Origin: an uncultured Acidobacteriota bacterium
GTDB lineage: Bacteria; Acidobacteriota; Thermoanaerobaculia; Multivoradales; SZUA-115
DNA length: 64,000 bases
Direction: 5' to 3'
NCBI GenBank assembly: GCA_963805975.1
Contig: CAWDVR010000002.1
Location: 384,001 to 448,000, forward strand
Shown here: one piece after another, positions 1 to 6,977 of the stretch
Position numbering within the stretch: the first letter of the stretch is position 1
Layout of the letters: every line of letters starts with the position of its first letter
Notes under the pieces: model-generated
Seen by the model: the letters and a program-made list of their open reading frames with translations, nothing else
Told to the model about the DNA's origin: nothing
Database searches by the model: none
Made by a program: the position numbers and the translations under genes

Positions 1-1015
1 CTGCACGAGTGGTTGCCGGTCGAGCGGTCCCAGCCGGCCCAGTGATGGTTGTAGGCGGTGACCGGCGGGTCGTCCAGCTCCACGAGAGTCACGTCGGAGG
101 GAGAGTGCGCGGCGCGGAAGAACGAGCCGGTGTGGAACTGAGAGAGCGAGCCGTCGCCGGCCTGCCCGCTCTGGGCGCTGCCGGGCGCCCGGCAGAAGGA
201 GTTCTGATAGTTCCAGTAGACCACCAGCGAGGCCGCGTTGCCCGAGTTGATCGAGCAATGGTTGGCGGTGATGAAGTACATCTTGCGGTCGCCGGCCGTG
301 TCGTTGACGCAGCGATCCGGTGCAGAACGTCGAGCCGCCGGTCGAGATCACGCCCACGGCCCGCATCTCGTCGCGCCAGGTATCGCCGGCAGGCAGGCAC
401 TCGACGTCCAGATTGCAGCTCCCGGACTTTTCGTAGGCGCCGGCCGGGGTGGTACCGAAGCCGCGGTAGCCCTGGTTGATCCAGCCGAGCTCGAGCTCCA
501 CCGCCCGCGCCTCGCGCTTCGGCACGGTGAGCTCCACGATCAGGTCGTCGGTGGTGACGACCGGCGTCCACAGCTCGCCGTGCTTCTCGTTGTCCGCCGA
601 CGGTGAAGGGCCGCGAGACCTGGGTGCCGTCCGTCGCGTAGAGCAGCAGGCGTGCCCCTTCCGGCAACCGGAAGCGGGTGAAGCCGAGGTTCAGGGACGT
701 GGCGCCCTCGCGGCCCAGGACGCGCAGCCGCCAGAGCATCTGGCCGTTGCCGAGGTCTTCCCAGGTGCCGTCGAGCGCGGGGGTGATCGACACCCGCTCC
801 GGCACGGCGAAGCGCGGCGGCAGCCCGATCCGGTCCCGCTCCAGATCCTCTTCCCCGAGCCTCGCCAGATCCATCTGGGTGGCGACGAAGGAACCCAACT
901 GGTTCACGTCGCGCAGCGCGAAGCCGGCGGCCGTGGGTACGGCGGCGTCCGAGGCGGCATGGGCCACGCCGCCGAAGGCGAGCAACATTAGCCAAGCGAG
1001 CTTACGGCTCATCAT
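1..1015 (-). CDS. Secreted lysyl endopeptidase-like (Achromobacter protease I family) serine protease, N-terminal part; two apparent +1 frameshifts (~601, ~310); runs off the left edge
   Basis: Signal peptide MMSRKLAWLMLLAFGGVAHA; propeptide WRLRV..GATSLNLGFTRFRLPEGARL. After frame correction it reads SADNEKHGELWTP, KSGSCNLDVEC, FCTGSLVND, YFITANHC (catalytic His) and SDVTLVEL (Asp). Confidence 0.85.
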
Positions 1016-1172
1016 TCTTCTCCTCCGGTTGGAAAGCTTCGAATCGCGTCAGGACTGACGCACTTAGAGGGGGGTGCTGCTCGGGGACTGCCAGGGGACA
1101 TCCGGCAACGACAGGAGAAGCTTCGCTTCGCGGTAGAGTAGCGGCAATCCTCACCTTGGCGAGCGAGCAGCG

Positions 1173-4127
1173 ATGAACCCCGAGGGCCACGCTCCGGGCA
1201 CCACCCGTGGCGACCGCACCGACTTCGGCGACTGGCTGCGCGGCGTGCCGAAGGCGTCGCCTGGCGGCCTCGCGCCCGGCCCCGGCATGGCCTGGGGCCG
1301 CTATCGGCTCGAGGGCCTGCTGGGCGAGGGCGGCATGGGCCGGGTTTTCGCCGCCTTCGACCCCCGTCTCGAGCGCCGCGTGGCCCTGAAGCTGCTGCGC
1401 GGCGACGACCCGGTGCTCGCCCTCCGCTTCCTGGCCGAGGCACGAGCCCAGGCGCGGGTCGAGCACGAGCACGTATGCCGGGTGTACGAGGTCGGCGAGG
1501 TCGAGGGGCACCCGTACATCGCCATGCAGCTCGTCGAGGGGCCGACGCTGCGCGAGGTGCCCCCTGGCATGTCGCTCACCGAGCGCACCGAGGTGATGCG
1601 GCGGGTGGCGGAGGCGGTCCACGCCGCGCACCGCACGGGCCTGATCCACCGCGACGTCAAGCCGGGCAACATCCTGCTCGAGGCCACCGAGGCCGGCGCC
1701 TGGCGGCCCTACGTGGCGGATTTCGGCATCGCCCGCGCGGTGGACGCGGCGGGCCTCACGCGGCCCGGCGCGGTGGTCGGAACCCTCGAGTACATGGCGC
1801 CGGAGCAGGCTTTCGCCGAGGGGACGGAGCCGGACCGCCGAGTGGACGTCTACGGCCTCGGGGCGACGCTCTACGAGCTGCTCTGCGGCCAGCCGCCGGT
1901 CTCCGGCGCGAGCGAGGGCGAGGTGCTGATGAGGCTCCTGACCGGCGAGCCGGAGCGGCTGTCGAAACGCCGGCCGGGCCTGCCCGTCGATCTCGAGACC
2001 ATCGTCATGAAGTGCCTGGAGCGGGATCCGAAGCGGCGCTACGAGTCGGCCCGGGCTCTCGCCGAGGACCTCGCCCGCTTCCTCGACGGCGAGCCCATCC
2101 TCGCCCGCCCCACCTCCTGGACCTACCGCCTGGCCAAGCGCGTGCAGAAGAACCGCGGTATCGCCGCCCTGCTCGCCGCCGCGGCCCTGGGGATCCTCGT
2201 TTCGGCGGGGCTCTGGCTGCACACGCGGTGGCAGGCAGGCAGGCAGGCGGCGCTCGCCCAGCGCTTCGGCGAAGAGGTGCAGGCGATCGAGAGCCAGTTG
2301 AAAATCGCCCAGCTCCTGCCGCTCCACGACACGGCCCCGGAGCGGGCCGCGGTGCGGCGGCGCATGGCAGCCCTCGAAGAGCAGGCGAAGCACGGCGGCA
2401 GGCCGGCGCTCGGGCCGGGCTCCTATGCCCTGGGCCGCGGTCACTTGGCGCTCGCCGAGCCGGAAGCCGCCCGCGCCGCGCTCGAACGCGCCCAGGACGC
2501 GGGCTACCGCACGCCGGACGTTTCCTACGCGCTCGGGCTGGCGCTCGGCGGCCTGTACCAGAAGGCGCTCGAGCGCGCGGACTCGCTGGCGGACCGGCGG
2601 CAGCGGGATCTCGAGCGGGCACGGGCCGAGCGCGGTCTGCGCGACCCGGCCCTCGCCTACCTGCGGGCCGCGGGCAGCGCCCGCCACGACCCGGCCTACG
2701 TCGAGGGGCTGATCGCACTCTACGACCGCCGCTTCGACGAGGCCCTGGCCAAGGCGCGCCAGGCGTTTGCCGCCGCGCCGGCGCTCTACGAGGCGCGGCA
2801 GCTCGAAGGGGAGGTGTTGATGGCCGAGGGCACGCGGCTCGCCGAACGGGGCGCCTACGACGCGGCCCTCGCGCGCTACCACGAGGCGGAGGATGCCTTC
2901 GCCGGCGCGCTCGCGATCGGCCGCAGCGACGCCATGCTGCTGCGTAGCGAGTGCCTGCGGCGCCTCAAGGTGCTGGAGATCGACATCGTGCGCGGCGGCA
3001 GGGCCGAAGGCAGCTTCGCCGCCACGCGCCAGGCTTGCGAGACCGCGCTCGCCGCCAACTCCGAGCTCGGCCCTGCCTACGACCTGCTCTCCTCCGCCCA
3101 CTGGCACTATGGCGACTTCTTGATGGACCGCGGCGGAGATCCGCGGGCGATCCTCACGCGCGCCGAGGAGCTGGCCGCCAAGGCCCTGGAGCTGTCCCCC
3201 GCCAACGCCGCAGCGGCCTCGCACGCCGGCACCGCGGCGGTGCTCGCCGCCGAGCACGAGACCGACGCCGGGCTCGATCCGCGCGCCTCCCTGGAGCGCG
3301 CCATCGCGAGCTTCGACCGTGCCCTGGCCCTCGACCCCGACCTCGTCCTGGCCTACAACGAGAAGGGCCTCGCGCACTTCGCCCGCGGGCGCTACGAGAT
3401 GCTGGCCGGGCTCGACGCGCGCGCCAGCTTCGCGCGCGCCGTGGAGGCGTACGAAGCGGCCATCGCGCGCGACCCGGAGTACGCCAACGCCATCCACAAC
3501 CTCGGCCTGGCGCTCGACAACGCCGCCGACTACGAAGCCGCCACCGGCAACGACCCGAAGCCTTTTCGGCAGCGGTCGATCGAGAGCTATCGCCGCGCCA
3601 TCGTGCTCAACCCCCACCGCGCGCTCTTCCTCTCCAACCTGGGAGGCGGCTACGTCAAGCTCGGCGACTGGGAGATGTCGCAGGGGGTTGTACCGGACGC
3701 CGCCCTGGCCGGCGCGATCGAGGCGCTGGATGCGGCGCGCGCCGCCGACCCCGGCCTGGCGATCGCGACCACCAACCTCTCGAACGCCTACCTGCTGCGG
3801 GCGGAGCACCAGCGCAAGACCGGCGGCGACCCGCGGGCGGCGATCGAGCGCTGCATCGCCTTGAACGCCGAGGTGCTCGCCCTCCAACCGGGCAACGCCC
3901 TCGCCCTCGGCACCCAGGGGCAGGCTTGGGTGTCGCGTGCCCACTACGAGCTCGACTCGGGGCTCGACGCGTCCCGCTCCATCGCGCGCGCCGAGCAGGC
4001 GCTGGCCGAGACCCTGCGTGCCAATCCGCTGTTCGAAAACGCCCTCGCGCCGACGCGGGCCGATCTCGCGGCCTTGCGGGCGCGGCAGGCGGAGCGCTCC
4101 CGGCCGGCCTCCCGTTCTACGAGATAG
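1173..4127 (+). CDS. Hanks-type Ser/Thr protein kinase with one TM helix and a C-terminal TPR-like helical region
   Basis: LGEGGMGRV, VALK, HRDVKPGN, DFGIAR, YMAPE and DVYGLG motifs; hydrophobic GIAALLAAAALGILVSAGLWL; Ala-rich TPR-like repeats. Confidence 0.92.
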   Translation: MNPEGHAPGTTRGDRTDFGDWLRGVPKASPGGLAPGPGMAWGRYRLEGLLGEGGMGRVFAAFDPRLERRVALKLLRGDDPVLALRFLAEARAQARVEHEHVCRVYEVGEVEGHPYIAMQLVEGPTLREVPPGMSLTERTEVMRRVAEAVHAAHRTGLIHRDVKPGNILLEATEAGAWRPYVADFGIARAVDAAGLTRPGAVVGTLEYMAPEQAFAEGTEPDRRVDVYGLGATLYELLCGQPPVSGASEGEVLMRLLTGEPERLSKRRPGLPVDLETIVMKCLERDPKRRYESARALAEDLARFLDGEPILARPTSWTYRLAKRVQKNRGIAALLAAAALGILVSAGLWLHTRWQAGRQAALAQRFGEEVQAIESQLKIAQLLPLHDTAPERAAVRRRMAALEEQAKHGGRPALGPGSYALGRGHLALAEPEAARAALERAQDAGYRTPDVSYALGLALGGLYQKALERADSLADRRQRDLERARAERGLRDPALAYLRAAGSARHDPAYVEGLIALYDRRFDEALAKARQAFAAAPALYEARQLEGEVLMAEGTRLAERGAYDAALARYHEAEDAFAGALAIGRSDAMLLRSECLRRLKVLEIDIVRGGRAEGSFAATRQACETALAANSELGPAYDLLSSAHWHYGDFLMDRGGDPRAILTRAEELAAKALELSPANAAAASHAGTAAVLAAEHETDAGLDPRASLERAIASFDRALALDPDLVLAYNEKGLAHFARGRYEMLAGLDARASFARAVEAYEAAIARDPEYANAIHNLGLALDNAADYEAATGNDPKPFRQRSIESYRRAIVLNPHRALFLSNLGGGYVKLGDWEMSQGVVPDAALAGAIEALDAARAADPGLAIATTNLSNAYLLRAEHQRKTGGDPRAAIERCIALNAEVLALQPGNALALGTQGQAWVSRAHYELDSGLDASRSIARAEQALAETLRANPLFENALAPTRADLAALRARQAERSRPASRSTR

Positions 4128-5310
4128 CCTGGAGCACGCCGAGGACGCGCGAGCGTGCCAGCTCCGCGGCCGGCACGGGCTTCGAGAAGTAGAAGCCCTG
4201 GGCGTAGTCGATCCCCAGCTCGCGGAGCATCTGCGCGTCCTCGGCCGTCTCCACCGCTTCCATGATGGTGGCGGTGGCGGCGCGCTGTGCCATCTCGGCC
4301 GTCGAGCGGACGATGATCTGCCGCAGCGGGTCGGCAGCCAGGTTGCGGCTGAAGGTGCCGGAGATCTTCAGGAACTCGGGGCGCAGGTCCTTGAACAGGT
4401 TGAGGTTGGAGGAGCCTTCGCCGTAGTCGTCGAGGGCGACGCGGAAGCCCCGCTCGCGCACCGCGCCGAGGGTGGCCGCGAAGGCGCGCGGGTTGACGAT
4501 GGTCTGCTGCTCGGTGAGCTCGAGCACGATGCAGGAGGTGTCGAGCGCCGAGGCGGCCACCGCCTCGAGCAGGCGCGAGGTGAACTCCGGGTTGGTCATC
4601 GACCGCGGCTGCACGTTGACGAACGCCGTGACCTCGCCACCCAGCTCCTCGACCTCGCGGAGCGCGGAACGGATGCAGATCATGTCGGCCTCGAAGAGCA
4701 GCTCTTTGCGCGCCGCGTAGCCGAGGAAGATCGACGGGTCGCCCAGGAGCGTGGTGTGCGGGCCGCGCGCCAGGCACTCGACGCCGAAGAACGAGTACGG
4801 TGCGTCGCCCTGCTCGAGCTTGATCACCGGTTGCAGCAGCGAGCGCACGGTGCCCGCGGCCAGGAACTCCTCGAGCAGCTCGACCTGCTCCACCGGACCA
4901 TCCGGTTCGCTCGCCGGATCGGCTCCGGCTTCGTCACGGGCGAGGGCGTCCCGCCGCGCGAGCAGCAGGCGCCGGAGCTCGGTCAGTCCCGCCGGTTTCT
5001 CCAGCACGCGAGCGGCACCGAGGACCCCGGCCAGCGCCCGCACCTCGTTGTCGACGTGGCCGGAAAGGATGAACACCATGGTGTCCGGGAAATGCGTGGC
5101 CACGAAGCGCACCAGCCTCATTCCCTCGAGCCCGCCGAGGCGGGAGAGCGAGAGATCGGTCACCAGAACGTCGAACGGGAACGCGGCCAGCAGCACCTCC
5201 GCGGCCTCGATCTCGCGACAGGTGGTGAGATGGATGCCCGGCGCGCGAAGACACAGCGCCAGCGTCTCCAGCACCAGTGGCTCGTCGTCAAGCAGCAGGG
5301 CTCGCAGCAC
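4117..5310 (-). CDS. Response regulator receiver + EAL domain protein (putative c-di-GMP phosphodiesterase)
   Basis: REC: LLDDE, VTDLSL, ILSG, LEKP. EAL: LQPVI, VECLAR (EAL variant), FVNV, LELTE, LDDYGEG, LKIS, EAVET, QGFYFSKP. Confidence 0.9.
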   Translation of the reverse strand: MLRALLLDDEPLVLETLALCLRAPGIHLTTCREIEAAEVLLAAFPFDVLVTDLSLSRLGGLEGMRLVRFVATHFPDTMVFILSGHVDNEVRALAGVLGAARVLEKPAGLTELRRLLLARRDALARDEAGADPASEPDGPVEQVELLEEFLAAGTVRSLLQPVIKLEQGDAPYSFFGVECLARGPHTTLLGDPSIFLGYAARKELLFEADMICIRSALREVEELGGEVTAFVNVQPRSMTNPEFTSRLLEAVAASALDTSCIVLELTEQQTIVNPRAFAATLGAVRERGFRVALDDYGEGSSNLNLFKDLRPEFLKISGTFSRNLAADPLRQIIVRSTAEMAQRAATATIMEAVETAEDAQMLRELGIDYAQGFYFSKPVPAAELARSRVLGVLQAIS

Positions 5311-5447
5311 GATGGGCGCAGTATAGCGAACGCGGTGTCGAGGCTGGAATTGTCGTGCGATTGAGCTAGCAAAAGCGTTTGCAAAGGGCGCTACCAGGAG
5401 TTAAAAAAGCCAGTTCCTCGCTGTCGGATTGAAAGCTGCCTTACGTC

Positions 5448-5477
5448 TTGACGCACGTACGACCACTCCTGTAGCTT
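5448..5477 (+). promoter_or_regulatory. Possible sigma70-type promoter for the small ORF at 5579
   Basis: TTGACG (5448-5453), 18-nt spacer, TAGCTT (5472-5477), in a relatively AT-rich divergent intergenic region. Confidence 0.3.
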
Positions 5478-5578
5478 GCCGGCCTTGGTCGCTCCGGCGC
5501 AGGTTTCTGCGCCGGTCTTCTGGCAACAATCCATTTTTTGAGAGGCGGCAGCAGAGCCTGCCGGCCGAGGGAGGCAGC

Positions 5579-5794
5579 ATGAAGGTTGGAAGTGTGAGCG
5601 GCATCACGGAGTTCCACGCGCGGTTGTTCTCGACGACGGAGCAGGACGGTCTGTTTGCCGCCCTGCGCAAGCTCGCCCAGCTCGAGAGCCCGCGGCGGTT
5701 CTCCGAGCTCGAGGAGCCCATGGACGGCTGGTACGCCTGGTACGACGACCGCGAAGAGAGCATGGCTCTCGCCCTTGCCCCCCAGCCGGTCTGA
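5579..5794 (+). CDS. 71-aa small protein with a WYAWY motif; candidate signalling-peptide precursor
   Basis: GAGGGAGG Shine-Dalgarno just upstream of ATG 5579; GC3-rich codons; MKVGSVSGITEFHARLF...PMDGWYAWYDDREESMALALAPQPV. Confidence 0.7.
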   Translation: MKVGSVSGITEFHARLFSTTEQDGLFAALRKLAQLESPRRFSELEEPMDGWYAWYDDREESMALALAPQPV

Positions 5795-5842
5795 GAAGCT
5801 CCGGCACGCCGCGGCAACAAACTCCCCCGTCAGACGTACTCC

Positions 5843-5870
5843 AGTTTCGCCACCGTAGTTTCGCCACCGT
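5843..5870. repeat. Perfect 14-bp tandem direct repeat AGTTTCGCCACCGT x2
   Basis: Copies at 5843-5856 and 5857-5870, intergenic. Confidence 0.85.
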
Positions 5871-5972
5871 GCGCCGGTGCCTTCATGGCCGCGCACGGCG
5901 GCCCCATGTCCAGAGGCCGCGTTTCCTCTGCCGGTAAGACGCCGGCGCGGCATGGACCGCGCACCATCCTTC

Positions 5973-5981
5973 TGCTATAAC
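5973..5981 (+). promoter_or_regulatory. Possible extended -10 element upstream of the prenyltransferase gene
   Basis: TGCTATAAC resembles TGnTATAAT and lies about 37 nt before ATG 6018. Confidence 0.4.
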
Positions 5982-6017
5982 GGAGATCAATCCGCGTCCC
6001 GGCCTCACCTTGAGAGC

Positions 6018-6971
6018 ATGCATCTCGCGCTGATCCAACAGCGGCTGCTTACCCTGCCGGAGGTCGCCCAGTGGGCGGACCTTCGCGCTCTCCTCGAGCG
6101 GCCGGCCCGGCAGCGGGCAACCTCCGTGTGGGAGTACCCGGCTCTCGCCTGCCAGGCGGTGGGCGGCGCGCCGGAGGCCGCCCTCCCCGCGGTGACCGCC
6201 GTGTACACCTCGCTGCTCGCCATCCATCTCGTGGACGACCTGCTCGACGACGATCCGCGCGGCCTCTATCGCCGGCTGGGCGCCGGCACCGCCGCCAACC
6301 TCGCGCTGGCGCTCCAGGCCGCCGGCCATCGCGAGCTGGATCGGGTGCCCGCCACGGCCGAGACGCGTGCCCTCCTGCACGGCAGCCTGGCGCGCATGTC
6401 TTTCGCGACCGCCTACGGCCAGAGCCTGGACAGCCACCAGGTCACGAACGAAGAGGAGTACTGGCGGGTGGTCGGCGCCAAGACGCCGCCGCTTTTCGGC
6501 GCGGCTTTTTTTCTCGGCGCGGTGCTCGGCGGCGCGGGCGCGGACCTGGCGGAGAGCCTCGAGCAGGTGGGCGGCGTCCTGGGTCGGCTGGTCCAGGTCA
6601 GCGACGACCTGGGCGATGCGATGCAGGAGCCGGCCGGCGCCGACTGGCAGCGCCCCGGTAACAATCTCGCCCTGCTCTACGCCCTGGTGAGCGACCATGA
6701 CGAGCGCGAGGCTTTCCGCCGTGCGGCAGGTGCCGCCCACGAGCCCGCCTGCCTCTCGGAGGCGCAGCAGATCCTGCTCCGCTCTGGCGCGGTCAGCTAC
6801 TGCGCCTACCGGCTGCTCGAGCTGGCCCATCAGGCGAGGAGCCTCCTCTCGCGCCTCTCACTGGCCGATCCGCTGCCTCTCTCGAGGCTCGTCGACGAGC
6901 ATCTGCGGCCGCTGTCCCAGCTTCTGCGTACCGTCGGCGCCGAGCTACCGGAACCCGTGGTCGCGAGCTAG
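6018..6971 (+). CDS. Class 1 isoprenoid synthase-fold protein, ComQ-like (candidate peptide Trp prenyltransferase)
   Basis: FARM HLVDDLLDDD, GQSLD, KT motif (GAKTPPLF) and SARM QVSDDLGD. It lacks GKRxRP and the post-FARM RRG of chain-elongating synthases. 317 aa. Confidence 0.8.
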   Translation: MHLALIQQRLLTLPEVAQWADLRALLERPARQRATSVWEYPALACQAVGGAPEAALPAVTAVYTSLLAIHLVDDLLDDDPRGLYRRLGAGTAANLALALQAAGHRELDRVPATAETRALLHGSLARMSFATAYGQSLDSHQVTNEEEYWRVVGAKTPPLFGAAFFLGAVLGGAGADLAESLEQVGGVLGRLVQVSDDLGDAMQEPAGADWQRPGNNLALLYALVSDHDEREAFRRAAGAAHEPACLSEAQQILLRSGAVSYCAYRLLELAHQARSLLSRLSLADPLPLSRLVDEHLRPLSQLLRTVGAELPEPVVAS

Positions 6972-6977
6972 CCGGCC

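Noticed and set aside
1002-3944. 980-aa minus-strand ORF, and similar long antisense ORFs (6945-10040, 16607-19885, 21512-24559, 37699-40632, 50265-54209, 61297-63747)
   Set aside because: Shadow frames of well-supported genes on the opposite strand; expected at high GC and lacking motifs.
5311-5578. Possible c-di-GMP riboswitch beside the EAL gene (GCAAA-containing, AT-rich)
   Set aside because: Could not match the GEMM-I or class II consensus by eye; an Rfam scan would settle it.
5429-5578. Longer 121-aa version of the small ORF
   Set aside because: TTG start without SD; the strong SD precedes ATG 5579.
5885-5980. 31-aa ORF MAAHGGPMSRGRVSSAGKTPARHGPRTILLL as an alternative peptide substrate
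   Set aside because: No Trp, no SD, and it overlaps the likely -10 element.
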